A stretch of DNA of 64,000 bases from an uncultured Erysipelotrichaceae bacterium (lineage in GTDB: Bacteria > Bacillota_I > Bacilli_A > RFN20 > CAG-826), in NCBI GenBank assembly GCA_902800355.1, contig CADCEE010000002.1, positions 13,227 to 77,226 on the forward strand. The letters run 5' to 3'. Of the stretch, positions 25,393-36,000 are shown one piece after another. Made by a program: the position numbers and the translations under genes. Under the pieces are notes generated by a model that was not told the origin of the DNA, did no database searches, and saw nothing but the letters and a program-made list of their open reading frames with translations. The number at the start of each line of letters is the position of its first letter. Position 1 is the stretch's first letter.

Positions 25393-26997
25393 TTATTCGT
25401 CTTCCATCTTCACTGCCGCTGGAACCTTAGGTAGTCCTGGCATAGTCATAATTGAACCAGTTAAAGCAACAACAAATCCAGCACCAGCAGATAAACGAAC
25501 TTCTCTAATGGTGATATCAAAATCATCAGGAGCATTTAAAATTTTAGCGTTATCTGTAAATGAAAGCGGAGTCTTAGCAATACAAACAGGCAAATTTCTA
25601 TACCCTTGAGCTTCAAATTCCGCAATTTGTTTAAGCGCTTCTTCAGAATAAATAACATCCTTAGCTCTATAAATCTCTTTACATACAGAGCTAATCTTAT
25701 CTTGTAACGAATTATTTAATTCATATAAAGGATGATAATAGCTTTCTTTTGTCGCTAAGGTTTCTAATACTTTATTAGCAAGATCAACAGCGCCCATACC
25801 TCCTCTAGAAAATGCATCACAGAATGCAACTTCATAGTGATTATCAGAACAGAATTTTATAAGTTCTTCTGTTTCTTTTTCAGTATCACTAGAGAAATGA
25901 TTCACACAGATAACAGTTGGAACATCATATTTAGCAATGTTTTCCATATGACGTTTCAAATTAGCAAAACCAATTCTTAACGCTTCAATATTTTCATTAT
26001 CTAATTCTTCAAATTTCACTCCACCATGAAGTTTAAGAGCTCTAATTGTGGCAACCATAACCACAGCGTCAGGTTTAATATTAGCAACGCGGCATTTAAT
26101 GTCTAAGAATTTCTCAGCACCTAAATCAGCACCGAAGCCTGCTTCAGTAACGACGATTGGGGCGAGCTTTAACGCTAACTTAGTAGCGATGATTGAATTA
26201 CATCCATGAGCAATATTAGCAAATGGTCCTCCATGTATAATACATGGATTGCCTTCTAATGTTTGTACTAAATTTGGATCAAAAGCGTTTTTCATAAGTT
26301 TATAAATCGCATTAGAGATTCTTAAAGCCTCTAATTTGACAGGCTTACCGTCTAAATCATACGCTACGACTATTTGTTTAATACGATTAATAAAATCTTG
26401 CTCATCACGCGATAGACAAAGAATAGCCATCATTTCGCTAGCAACGGTAATAACAAATTCGTCGTGTCTAGGAGCACTCTTTTTCTCATCTTGATTAACA
26501 GTTACGCTTCTTAAAGCACGATCATTCATATCTAAGGCTCTTTTCCATAAGATTCTAGAAGGATCAATTCTTAATTCGTTACCTTGGAAGATATGATTAT
26601 CAATAACAGCGGAAATTAAGTTAATGGAACTCGTTAAAGCGTGCATGTCCCCGGTAAAGTGAAGATTAATGTCTTCAGAAGGAACGACACTAGCAAGTCC
26701 TCCACCAGTCGCGCCACCTTTTAAACCAAATACAGGGCCAAGAGATGGCTCTCTTAAACAAAGTAAAGAATTTACACCAATCTTATGTAATCCATCTGTT
26801 AAAGCAATTGAAGTTGTAGTTTTTCCTTCTCCGGCTTTAGTAGGAGTAATGGCAGTAACTAAGACTAACTTACCATTAGATTTGTCTTTTAATTCCTCAT
26901 TAATTTTTAAATCGATTTTTGCTTTGTCTAAGCCATATGGAATAACATAATCTGTTTTAATTCCAGCTTCACTTGCAACATCATAAATATTTCTCAT
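25393..26997 (-). CDS. fhs: formate--tetrahydrofolate ligase
   Basis: 534 aa with PTKAGEGKTTTSIAL and EAGFGADLGAEKF motifs. Confidence 0.95.
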   Translation of the reverse strand: MRNIYDVASEAGIKTDYVIPYGLDKAKIDLKINEELKDKSNGKLVLVTAITPTKAGEGKTTTSIALTDGLHKIGVNSLLCLREPSLGPVFGLKGGATGGGLASVVPSEDINLHFTGDMHALTSSINLISAVIDNHIFQGNELRIDPSRILWKRALDMNDRALRSVTVNQDEKKSAPRHDEFVITVASEMMAILCLSRDEQDFINRIKQIVVAYDLDGKPVKLEALRISNAIYKLMKNAFDPNLVQTLEGNPCIIHGGPFANIAHGCNSIIATKLALKLAPIVVTEAGFGADLGAEKFLDIKCRVANIKPDAVVMVATIRALKLHGGVKFEELDNENIEALRIGFANLKRHMENIAKYDVPTVICVNHFSSDTEKETEELIKFCSDNHYEVAFCDAFSRGGMGAVDLANKVLETLATKESYYHPLYELNNSLQDKISSVCKEIYRAKDVIYSEEALKQIAEFEAQGYRNLPVCIAKTPLSFTDNAKILNAPDDFDITIREVRLSAGAGFVVALTGSIMTMPGLPKVPAAVKMEDE

Positions 26998-26999
26998 AA

Positions 27000-27911
27000 T
27001 TAAACCACCAGTCCTTGCTTTGCTTCTATAATATTTTTATAAGTATCTGATTCAAATTGATTCTTGAAAAATGTCACTTGTCTTTTCGCATAATTTCGTG
27101 TTCTTTTTTGAATTAACTCGACACAACTCGCGTAATTTATTTTATTTTCAAGGAAATCAATGACTTCTTTATATCCGATTCCTTGTCTTGCTGTGAGCGA
27201 TAAATTGTAATTATCTAGCAAATATTTTACTTCATCAACTAAACCATTTTCCATCATTGATAACACTCTTTTATCAATCTTTTGATATAGTTCATCTCTA
27301 TCAGGTGATATGTAGATAAATTTAACGTTTTTGTATATTGGCTTATGTGATTGCTCATTAAGTATTTCGGTTTTCTTTTTACTAGAATGTTTAATAAGAG
27401 ATATCGCTCTTAATAGTCGCTTTCTATTATTAACATGGATCTTCTTACTTTCCTCAAAATCTAACTCTTCTAAAAGCTTATGTAGCTCTTCGTTACTAAG
27501 TTTTAACAAATCATCATCAACTGAAACTTCTTCTTTTGCAAAATTATAGTCGAATAAGGCTGCTCTTATATATAAGCCAGTGCCACCGACAAGAACAACG
27601 TCTTTATATTTTTCTAGTAGTGAGGCTAATTCTTTTCGACATAATTCTTGATATTCCATAACTGAGAAAGTTTCTGCAGGAGATTTAATATCTAGTAAAT
27701 GATATTTTTTATAATGCGGATCGCTCTTTTCTAACTTAGCAGTACCAATATTCATATCTTTGTAGATTTGAAAAGCATCAAAATTAATCGCCTCACAATT
27801 AAGTTTATCTATAAGATAATTGGCGAGTTCAGTCTTTCCAGAACAAGTAGGACCCATCACTACGTAAATCATTGAGATTATTATAAATAAAAAAGAAGTG
27901 AAATCAATCAC
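27000..27911 (-). CDS. miaA: tRNA dimethylallyltransferase
   Basis: GPTCSGKT P-loop and a MiaA-like body. The ORF-track start is a GTG at 27911, inside a GTGA overlap with the ymcA stop. The alternative ATG at 27872 (MIYVVMGPT...) gives a more typical N-terminus. Confidence 0.88.
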   Translation of the reverse strand: MIDFTSFLFIIISMIYVVMGPTCSGKTELANYLIDKLNCEAINFDAFQIYKDMNIGTAKLEKSDPHYKKYHLLDIKSPAETFSVMEYQELCRKELASLLEKYKDVVLVGGTGLYIRAALFDYNFAKEEVSVDDDLLKLSNEELHKLLEELDFEESKKIHVNNRKRLLRAISLIKHSSKKKTEILNEQSHKPIYKNVKFIYISPDRDELYQKIDKRVLSMMENGLVDEVKYLLDNYNLSLTARQGIGYKEVIDFLENKINYASCVELIQKRTRNYAKRQVTFFKNQFESDTYKNIIEAKQGLVV

Positions 27912-28189
27912 TTCTTATTTACTATTTTACTAATTTCAGATAGATACTCATTAACTTCTTCTTTAAGAGTGTTGTAATTAACCACTAATGGATGAGAATT
28001 ATATTTAGTTAATAACTCTTTATGAAGTTCATCTTCGTGATGTGCTTTTGCTAAAGCAATGTCTCTTTTTAAAGTGTTAATCTCGTCGTTAGATTCTACT
28101 AGACACTTGATTCTAAAGTATTCAACTATAAGCGGCTCTTTAAGAATTTCATCTTTTAACTCTTTAGCAAGTTCAATAGCGTCATTCAT
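27908..28189 (-). CDS. ymcA: YmcA/YlbF-family (Ric complex-like) protein
   Basis: 93 aa, all-helical, with a YlbF/YmcA-like sequence. It sits immediately after miaB as in B. subtilis ymcB-ymcA. TGA stop. Confidence 0.65.
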   Translation of the reverse strand: MNDAIELAKELKDEILKEPLIVEYFRIKCLVESNDEINTLKRDIALAKAHHEDELHKELLTKYNSHPLVVNYNTLKEEVNEYLSEISKIVNKK

Positions 28190-29621
28190 TCACTAGTTCT
28201 CCAATCAAAGAATAGGTATGACTTTCAACAATCTTCACTTTGATAATTTTACCCATTAAAGATTCATCACCTTTAAAGTGGACCAATTTATTAGATTCTG
28301 TATATCCTGAAAGCATATTCTTATCAGTTTTACTAACTCCATCCACTAAGACTTTATAAACACCGCCAATATAGGAATTTGAATCCTTTTCAATATTAAC
28401 CTCTAAATGCTTTACAAGTTCTTTAAATCTTCTACTTTTTTCGCTATAGGTAACATTGTCATTAATTTTAGCAGCAGGTGTCCCTCTTCTAGGGGAATAG
28501 ATAAAAGTAAAAGCTGACTCATATTTTACTTCATCAACAAGAGTGAGTGTCTCATTAAATTGTTCTTCTGTTTCATTAGGGAAACCAACAATGATATCAG
28601 TTGACAAAGATAGGCCAGGAATCTTACTTCTCATCTCTTTAACTAAATTAAGATAATGTTCTCTAGTATAACGTCTACCCATAAGGCGTAAAACTTCACT
28701 ACTTCCAGACTGAACTGGCAGATGAATACACTTCATGATATTATCGTATTTCGCAATAATTTCTATCATTTTGCTGGAGAAATCCCAGGGATGAGATGTT
28801 GTAAACCTAATTCTAGGGATGCCCATTTTAGCAGCTTCTTCAAGCACATCAGCAAAGTCATGACCTTCATTTAAATCCTTGCCATATGCATTAACATTTT
28901 GACCTAAGAAAGTGATCTCTTGATACCCTTGTTTTTTAAGATCTCTAACTTCGTCTATGATATCATCAAAATGTCTACTTCTTTCTTTGCCTCTAGTATA
29001 TGGAACAATGCAGTAAGTACAGAATTTATTACAGCCATAAATTATATTCACGTATGCTTTAAATGCATTACTTCGAGCAACATTTTTATTTTCGATAACT
29101 TCACCTTGTTTTGACTTAATCGCAATTAACCTAATATCGTTATGATATACTTCATAAATTAAATCTAATAATTGGTCAACCTCATGAGTGCCAAAATATA
29201 GATTAACTTCAGGGAATTTGCTTATTAAAATATCTAAGATTTCTGGTTGTTCCACCATACATCCACAAATACCAAGAACAAGCTTTTTGTTGATTCTACG
29301 ATATTTCTTTAAATTACCGATATCGCCATAAACTTTATCTTCAGCGTTTTCTCTAACCGCGCAGGTATTAATAATAATAACATCTGCTTCGCTAGGATCA
29401 CTTGTTTGAATAAAATTAGATGATTCAAGCATCCCTTTCATTGTTTCTTCATCACGAATATTAGCCTGACAGCCAAAGGTATGGATATAATATTTCTTAC
29501 CTTTACCTAGTTCTTTCATCTCTTTGAGATGATTAGGAGAATATAATGAAAATTCAGTCTCAGATTTAGCTCTCAACTTGGCATCATTTAAATTTGGATA
29601 ATTAATAATTTTTGTTTTCAT
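28182..29621 (-). CDS. miaB: tRNA-i6A37 methylthiotransferase
   Basis: 479 aa. UPF0004 N-domain, radical-SAM motif CNKFCTYCIVP, and a C-terminal TRAM domain. Confidence 0.92.
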   Translation of the reverse strand: MKTKIINYPNLNDAKLRAKSETEFSLYSPNHLKEMKELGKGKKYYIHTFGCQANIRDEETMKGMLESSNFIQTSDPSEADVIIINTCAVRENAEDKVYGDIGNLKKYRRINKKLVLGICGCMVEQPEILDILISKFPEVNLYFGTHEVDQLLDLIYEVYHNDIRLIAIKSKQGEVIENKNVARSNAFKAYVNIIYGCNKFCTYCIVPYTRGKERSRHFDDIIDEVRDLKKQGYQEITFLGQNVNAYGKDLNEGHDFADVLEEAAKMGIPRIRFTTSHPWDFSSKMIEIIAKYDNIMKCIHLPVQSGSSEVLRLMGRRYTREHYLNLVKEMRSKIPGLSLSTDIIVGFPNETEEQFNETLTLVDEVKYESAFTFIYSPRRGTPAAKINDNVTYSEKSRRFKELVKHLEVNIEKDSNSYIGGVYKVLVDGVSKTDKNMLSGYTESNKLVHFKGDESLMGKIIKVKIVESHTYSLIGELVNE

Positions 29622-29622
29622 C

Positions 29623-30408
29623 TTATTTCTCTTCTAAATAATAGATTGGGAATATTTCTTTACACTTTCCAGTTAATTCATCAACATCAAGCACTACTGC
29701 GGATAATAAGCCTCTACCTTCGCTTGGTAAGTCAAATCTAGATTGTTCTCCATAAATGATTTTATTAACTACAGTTTCTTTAGAAAAACCTAATGCTCCA
29801 TCTGCAAAGCCTGTCATACCAACATCAGAGATATAAGCAGTTCCACCTTCTAAGATTTTATAATCTTTTGTTTGAACATGGGTGTGAGTGCCTAAAACCG
29901 CAGAAACTTTACCGTCTAAAGCATACGCTAAGCAAAGCTTTTCTCCAGTTGCTTCAGCGTGGAAGTCAACGATATGAATATCCGTTTTCTCCTCATTATT
30001 AATAAGTTCAATTAACGAATAATAAGGATTGTTTACTTCTTCATTCATAAAAGCTGAACCAAGAACATTAGTGACTCTAATAGTGACTCCATTAAGCTCA
30101 TAAACAATACTACCTTCTCCTGGATAAGGATGTAGTAAATTAAGTGGCCTAATTAAGCGATCAGTAGAATCGATATATTTACGTAGATCATTCTTGCTAT
30201 CATAGTGATTACCTAGGGTAATCGCATCAATGCCGTTATCAATTAATTCTAAATAATGATGTCTTAATAAACCTTTACCATGGGTCACATTTTCTCCGTT
30301 AGCAATAACGAAATCAATGTGATATTTATCCACAAAAGTTTGTAAATGATCTTTAATGACACGTCGGCCAATTTTGCCGACGATGTCACCAATAAATAAA
30401 ATTTTCAA
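29623..30408 (-). CDS. ymdB: YmdB-family metallophosphoesterase (2',3'-cyclic-nucleotide phosphodiesterase)
   Basis: 261 aa with MKILFIGDIVG, ANGEN and GTHTHVQT motifs. Located downstream of rny as in Bacillus. Confidence 0.9.
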   Translation of the reverse strand: MKILFIGDIVGKIGRRVIKDHLQTFVDKYHIDFVIANGENVTHGKGLLRHHYLELIDNGIDAITLGNHYDSKNDLRKYIDSTDRLIRPLNLLHPYPGEGSIVYELNGVTIRVTNVLGSAFMNEEVNNPYYSLIELINNEEKTDIHIVDFHAEATGEKLCLAYALDGKVSAVLGTHTHVQTKDYKILEGGTAYISDVGMTGFADGALGFSKETVVNKIIYGEQSRFDLPSEGRGLLSAVVLDVDELTGKCKEIFPIYYLEEK

Positions 30409-30429
30409 ATTAACTCTTTCTAGAAGTAA

Positions 30430-32001
30430 TTACTTCGCAGTTTCAATCGCACGATATTCTCTAATGACGGAAACTTTAATTTGTCCTGGATAAGTCATTT
30501 CGTTTTCGATACGTTCTTTGATTTCTCTTGCGAGTTTAAAAGCACCAATATCATCAATCTTATCAGGGATAACCATAACTCTTAGTTCTCTACCAGATTG
30601 CATCGCGTATGATTGATAAACACTATCATATGATTTACAAATCTCTTCGAGTTTTTCAATTCTTTGAATATAGTTTTCAAGCATTTCACTTCTAGCACCT
30701 GGTCTAGCCGCACTTAAAGTATCAGCAGCTTGGACTAAGTGAGAAATAACATATTTAGCCGGAACGTCTCCGTGGTGAGATTCAATGGCGTTAATAACAA
30801 CATCGCCTTCACCATATTTTTTCGCAAGTCTAGAACCAACATCGACATGGCTGCCATCAGTTTCATAGTCGATAGCCTTACCAATATCGTGAAGTAAGCC
30901 AGCACGCTTAGCAAGATTTTGATCTAAACCAAGTTCTGCGGCCATAGAACCTGCTAAATAAGCAACTTCAATAGAGTGCTCTAAAGCGTTTTGTCCATAC
31001 GATGTACGGTATTTTAATCGACCGACATAATCTAAAAGTTCCTTATTGATTCTTGGTAAACCTAGTTTAAAGGCCACATCTTGACCGGTCTTATGAATAT
31101 TTTCTTCGACTTCTTGTTTGCATTTCTCAACAATTTCTTCAATTCTTCCTGGTTGAATTCTGCCGTCTTTAATTAGCATCTCTAAAGACATTCTAGCGAT
31201 TTCTCTTCTAACAGGATTAAAACAAGAAACAGTAATAACTTCAGGAGTGTCATCAATAATTAAATCAACTCCTAAAAGAGTTTCTAAGGTACGAATATTA
31301 CGACCTTCTCTACCAATGATTCTTCCTTTCATTTCATCATTTGGAAGAGCAACGACAGAGACAGTCTTTTCAATGGTGGTTTCTTGAGCGTATTTAGACA
31401 TTGCTTGAACAAGCATTTCTTGGGCTTTAGCAACCACTTGATCTTTAGCTTCTTCTTCTTTGTTTTTAATGTAAGAGGCGATTTCTCTAGAAACCTTAGA
31501 TTCCACTCTTTTAAAGAGTTCATCTTTAGCTTCTTGAGTTGACATTTGAGCAACCTTTTCAAGTTCAACAATAATAGAATCAATCTTTTCTTGTAAGGTA
31601 GCTTCTTTCTTATCAACATCTTTTAATCGACGATTAAGAGTTTCGTTCTTCTCATCAAGAGTATTTTCTTTTTGAATAAGAGCAGCGTCTCTTCTATCGA
31701 TATTTTGTTCACGTTGGAATAATTGTTTTTCTTGAGCGGATAATTCCAACTTTCTTTCTTTGATTTCTTTGTCCGCTTCAATTTTCATTTCATTAACTAC
31801 TTGTTTACCGTCTAACTGAGCGTTTTTGACAATATGTTCCGCTTTAATTTCAGCTTCACGAACAATTTTGCCTGCTTTATTTTGATCTCTTTTGTTCTTA
31901 AAAAATGGAACAAAATAAATGACCGCCATACCAACAAGTAAACCTGCAAAGACACAGATAATTGGTAAACCAATTTCCATGAATCCACTTAAAATGTGCA
32001 T
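30430..32001 (-). CDS. rny: ribonuclease Y
   Basis: 523 aa. N-terminal TM, coiled coil, KH domain (GRIIGREGRNIR) and HD domain (LLHDIGKA). Confidence 0.95.
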   Translation of the reverse strand: MHILSGFMEIGLPIICVFAGLLVGMAVIYFVPFFKNKRDQNKAGKIVREAEIKAEHIVKNAQLDGKQVVNEMKIEADKEIKERKLELSAQEKQLFQREQNIDRRDAALIQKENTLDEKNETLNRRLKDVDKKEATLQEKIDSIIVELEKVAQMSTQEAKDELFKRVESKVSREIASYIKNKEEEAKDQVVAKAQEMLVQAMSKYAQETTIEKTVSVVALPNDEMKGRIIGREGRNIRTLETLLGVDLIIDDTPEVITVSCFNPVRREIARMSLEMLIKDGRIQPGRIEEIVEKCKQEVEENIHKTGQDVAFKLGLPRINKELLDYVGRLKYRTSYGQNALEHSIEVAYLAGSMAAELGLDQNLAKRAGLLHDIGKAIDYETDGSHVDVGSRLAKKYGEGDVVINAIESHHGDVPAKYVISHLVQAADTLSAARPGARSEMLENYIQRIEKLEEICKSYDSVYQSYAMQSGRELRVMVIPDKIDDIGAFKLAREIKERIENEMTYPGQIKVSVIREYRAIETAK

Positions 32002-32212
32002 GGGATAAATCCTTTCTAATATAAATATATAGTCAAAAGACTATTTACCTAAATCAACTTAAAATATTGCTATAAGTATGACTTTTATTATGTAACAGGG
32101 TAAACCCTGATAAAACTTTTCTCGATTGAGAATCTATAGGTAAGTACCTTCCGCAGGTACGAAACCATTATAAAGGAAATATCTATTTATAGGAAAGAAT
32201 AATTTTTAAAAA

Positions 32213-33811
32213 TTATAATAACGGGGTAATTATTTTTATTAATCCACAGAGGGATCTGGAAAATATGCCAAGTTTAAAATCGATTGGCACCAAGGCGCTT
32301 TGGTTAATCATCTGTTGGAAATCTTGACTGATGTCTTTAATACATGGAGTCTTATATAACAAAGTGCCACATTCAAAGTGATGAACTAAACTTCTAAAGT
32401 CTAAATTAATAGTCCCTACAAACCCTAATTCATCATCCGCTAAAGCGGTTTTCATATGGTTAAATCCTGGAGTATATGTATAAATATGGACTCCAGCTTT
32501 TAATAAAACTTTAAAATTCGATTTTGCAACTTTATACACTAATTTCTTATCAGGAATTCCTGGAACAATTAAATGAACATCCACCCCACGTAACGCAGCG
32601 TTTCTTAATGCATCCATTAATCCGAATGTCGGAATTAAATATGGAGTAGAAATAAATACCTTTTTTGTTGCGTAGTTAATAATGTTAATGTAATTTTGTT
32701 CACCAATTAGATGGTCATTAGTATAAAATCCAGGACCATCACCAAACGGCATAACAAAGCCTTCATCTTCGAATTCAGGATATTCAAAATCTAAATAAGG
32801 TGATAATGGAACTATATCCTTGCTAGCAATATTATAGTTTTCGATAAATGTGGTGATTAAATCAGAAATTGCAGTTCCTTCAATTTTCACCATTGTATCC
32901 TTCCAGTGACCAAATCTAGTAATGATATTAGCGTATTCATCTGCGAGGTTATTACCACCGGTAAACGCCATCTGATGATCGATAACGACAATCTTACGGT
33001 GGTCACGGTTATTATAAACACCAGATAAAATCGGTCTTAATGGATGGAATTTATAGCATTTAATGCCGTACTTTCTTAATCTTTTTGGAGTGCGATAAGA
33101 AATTGTCCCATTACTTCCTAAATCATCATATACAATTCTAATATCCACACCTTCTTGAGCTTTTTGAATTAATATATCCTTCACTTCGCTCCAAAGTTTT
33201 CCATCTGTAATAATAAAGAATTCAATAAAGATGAATTTTTGAGCTTTCTTTAATCCCTCAATTAAATCAGGAAAGAATTTATCTCCGACCGGATAATAAG
33301 TTACTCTATTATTTTTAAACGCACCCACTCTCGCGGTATTTAATAAATAGGAAAAAATGCCTTTAGCTCTACCTAATTCATCTTCAATCTTTGCAAACTC
33401 TATTTTGTTTCTTTCATAATACGGCTCTAATTCATTTAAGAAACCTTTAATGTATTTTGTTTCTTTTCTAGGTAATCCATGGTTTTTGAATATCAAAAAG
33501 AAAAACACAGTTACAAACGGAAAAACAAATAAGAACACTAACCACGGTATTTTAAATTCTGGATCTTCATATTTATTAATAACTCTAAAAAAGATAATTA
33601 CAGCAGCGACAAAAGAAATTATTCTAAGCGCTGTAAATGTCTGGTTAACAATAACTAAGGCTTGTGCATATTTTGGCGACTTCGATATAAGCGAAGAGAA
33701 AATATATGTATCAATACCTAGTTCAAAAAAGACGACTACTAATATTTCGATTAATAAAAATACAGTAGTGAATATAAATCCAGAATAAAATAAACGTCTT
33801 AGTCTTTTCAT
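32213..33811 (-). CDS. cls: cardiolipin synthase
   Basis: 532 aa with N-terminal TMs and two HKD motifs (HRKIVVIDHQMAFTGGNN and HMKTALADDELGFVGTIN). The ATG shares 1 nt with the recA stop. Confidence 0.9.
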   Translation of the reverse strand: MKRLRRLFYSGFIFTTVFLLIEILVVVFFELGIDTYIFSSLISKSPKYAQALVIVNQTFTALRIISFVAAVIIFFRVINKYEDPEFKIPWLVFLFVFPFVTVFFFLIFKNHGLPRKETKYIKGFLNELEPYYERNKIEFAKIEDELGRAKGIFSYLLNTARVGAFKNNRVTYYPVGDKFFPDLIEGLKKAQKFIFIEFFIITDGKLWSEVKDILIQKAQEGVDIRIVYDDLGSNGTISYRTPKRLRKYGIKCYKFHPLRPILSGVYNNRDHRKIVVIDHQMAFTGGNNLADEYANIITRFGHWKDTMVKIEGTAISDLITTFIENYNIASKDIVPLSPYLDFEYPEFEDEGFVMPFGDGPGFYTNDHLIGEQNYINIINYATKKVFISTPYLIPTFGLMDALRNAALRGVDVHLIVPGIPDKKLVYKVAKSNFKVLLKAGVHIYTYTPGFNHMKTALADDELGFVGTINLDFRSLVHHFECGTLLYKTPCIKDISQDFQQMINQSALVPIDFKLGIFSRSLCGLIKIITPLL

Positions 33812-34800
33812 TATTTAGCTTCTTTAATCGCTTTTAATAATTCCTCTTTAACATCTTCATTACTATGGATGTATTCTTTAGCGGTTTCTCTACCTTGAGC
33901 AATCTTGCTGCCATTATATTCAAACCAAGTTCCGCTCTTTTTAATAATGCCAAGTTCGACAGCACGATCTAAGATTTCGCTATCCTTAGAAATGCCTTTA
34001 CCATAAACTATATCAATTTCACATTGTCTAAATGGTGGGGCAACTTTATTTTTCACCACTTTAATACGGCAAGTATTTCCAGTAACATCACTACCGGTTT
34101 TAATAGCCTCAGTTCTTCTAATATCTAATCTAATAGAAGCATAGAATTTTAACGCTCTTCCTCCGGAAGTAGTTTCAGGATTACCGTACATCACACCAAC
34201 TTTCTCTCTTAATTGGTTAATGAAGATAATAGTACAGTTATTTTTGTTTAAAGTACCAGCGAGTTTTCTCATTGCTTTAGACATAAGTCTAGCTTGCATA
34301 CCAACAGAGTTATCACCCATTTCTCCATCGAGTTCAGCTTGTGGGACTAAAGCGGCAACACTATCAACGATTAACAAATCAATAGCGCCACTACTAGCAA
34401 GCATCTCAGCAATTTCTAAAGCCTGCTCACCACTATCAGGTTGCGATAAGATTAACTCATCAACATTAACACCTAAATTTTTAGAATATTCAGGGTCAAT
34501 AGCATGCTCAGCATCAATAAAGGCAGCTCTACCACCTTGTTTTTGGCATTCTGCAATTGCATGTAAAGCAAGAGTGGTTTTACCACTACTTTCAGGACCA
34601 TATATCTCAATAATCCTTCCTTTTGGATATCCACCAACTCCAAGAGCCTCATCTAAAAGTAATGATCCACTCGGAATGACGGAAACCTCAACACTTGGTC
34701 TTTCGCCGAGTTTCATTACGGCGCCTTTTCCAAATTGTTTTTGAATTTGTTTTAGAACTTCATCGAGTTCTTTTTCATTTAGTTTGTTTTCTTTGTCCAT
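33811..34800 (-). CDS. recA: recombinase RecA
   Basis: 329 aa with [32 protein letters not shown] and related motifs. GAGGAGG RBS. Confidence 0.98.
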   Translation of the reverse strand: MDKENKLNEKELDEVLKQIQKQFGKGAVMKLGERPSVEVSVIPSGSLLLDEALGVGGYPKGRIIEIYGPESSGKTTLALHAIAECQKQGGRAAFIDAEHAIDPEYSKNLGVNVDELILSQPDSGEQALEIAEMLASSGAIDLLIVDSVAALVPQAELDGEMGDNSVGMQARLMSKAMRKLAGTLNKNNCTIIFINQLREKVGVMYGNPETTSGGRALKFYASIRLDIRRTEAIKTGSDVTGNTCRIKVVKNKVAPPFRQCEIDIVYGKGISKDSEILDRAVELGIIKKSGTWFEYNGSKIAQGRETAKEYIHSNEDVKEELLKAIKEAK

Positions 34801-34859
34801 TTATTATGGCCTCCTCACTATATACAGAGTGGATTTTTTCCAAAATTTGTGAAAAAAAT

Positions 34860-35330
34860 TTAATTATTTTCTAAAATTAATGTCTCTAAAAGCTCGAAAG
34901 CAATTTTAATTGCTTTATTTTGAATTTCTTCTCTAGAACCTTCTAAGGTATATGAATGCACTTGAGCGGTATCTAAAAAGGCAATTCCAATATGAACTTC
35001 TCCTACTGGCTTACCTTCCATTGCAGTTGGTCCAGCATTACCAGTAAAAGAAACACAGTAATCAACATTCAAAAGTTTTTTGCCGTTACTAGCCATCTGG
35101 GCCGCTACTTCTTTAGAAACAACGCCAAATTCATCAATATCTTTATAAGATATCCCTAAAAGTCTATTTTTCTCTTCAGTAGCGTAAGTGACCAAAGCAC
35201 CTTTAAAGAAATGGGACGCACCACTAACAGAGGTAATCTCTTTAGCGAATAAGCCACCAGTAAAAGATTCTATAGATCCTAATGTTCGACCTTTTTCTCT
35301 AAATAACTTATTAATACCTAGACTATCCAT
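34860..35330 (-). CDS. cinA: CinA-family nicotinamide-nucleotide amidohydrolase domain protein (PncC-like, C-terminal domain only)
   Basis: 156 aa with ESFTGGLFA and SFTGNAGP motifs. It lacks the N-terminal MoCF domain of full-length CinA. Confidence 0.82.
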   Translation of the reverse strand: MDSLGINKLFREKGRTLGSIESFTGGLFAKEITSVSGASHFFKGALVTYATEEKNRLLGISYKDIDEFGVVSKEVAAQMASNGKKLLNVDYCVSFTGNAGPTAMEGKPVGEVHIGIAFLDTAQVHSYTLEGSREEIQNKAIKIAFELLETLILENN

Positions 35331-35332
35331 TG

Positions 35333-35974
35333 TTATTTACTTTCTAAAAATGCTTTACGGTTTTGCCAAACATAGATTACACCGCTTAATAAAGAAACAA
35401 GTGTAGCGGCATATACTAAGAAAGCAGTTACAGTTAAATAAGGATTTGTATTATTTGAGTACATATAATGGAATGGGAAATCGTTTAATAATACCGCACC
35501 AATCGCTACCATTTGTAGGACAGTTTTTAACTTGCCAAAAATATTAGCAGCGATAACTACTCCTTTTTGAGCGGCAATAAATCTTAATGCATCAACAACT
35601 ATATCTCTAGCCACCATAATAATAACGCACCAAACAGGAATAAAAGCGGTTTGTTCTATAGCGTAAGGAGCAATAATATAATAAGCACATAAGAAGATTA
35701 ACATTGAGTTAACTAAAAGCTTATCTGCTACTGGATCTAAGAACTTTCCTAGGTCAGTTACTTGGTTATTTTTTCTTGCAAGTTTACCATCAAGATGATC
35801 GGTATAACTAGCTATCACGAAAAATACAAAAACAATTAAAAAGATTAAGTTTATACGGGAATTTCCGAGTTTTGGGGTTGTTAAATCAGGAATTAAAGAT
35901 AAAACAAATAGAGTCACAATTAACGCTATTGTCGCAATAATTCTTGAGAAGGTAATTTTTGTTGGAAGATTCAT
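35333..35974 (-). CDS. pgsA: CDP-diacylglycerol--glycerol-3-phosphate 3-phosphatidyltransferase
   Basis: CDP-alcohol phosphotransferase motif DHLDGKLARKNNQVTDLGKFLDPVADK. Start revised to the ATG at 35974, 7 nt after AAAGGAGAG. The longer ORF-track start at 36019 runs into rnpB. Confidence 0.9.
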   Translation of the reverse strand: MNLPTKITFSRIIATIALIVTLFVLSLIPDLTTPKLGNSRINLIFLIVFVFFVIASYTDHLDGKLARKNNQVTDLGKFLDPVADKLLVNSMLIFLCAYYIIAPYAIEQTAFIPVWCVIIMVARDIVVDALRFIAAQKGVVIAANIFGKLKTVLQMVAIGAVLLNDFPFHYMYSNNTNPYLTVTAFLVYAATLVSLLSGVIYVWQNRKAFLESK

Positions 35975-36000
35975 AATCTCTCTCCTTTTTAATAGTGAGT

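Noticed and set aside
34220-34744. Long antisense ORFs inside conserved genes: 174 aa opposite recA. Also 46318-46713 and 45835-46146 opposite ftsH, 57572-57952 opposite the C11 gene, 33450-33788 opposite cls, 40173-40472 opposite hup, and 26669-26950 opposite fhs.
   Set aside because: None has an RBS, the compositions are low-complexity (Ser/Leu/Pro-rich), and each is fully embedded antisense to a gene with unambiguous homology. This is the typical shadow-ORF artefact.
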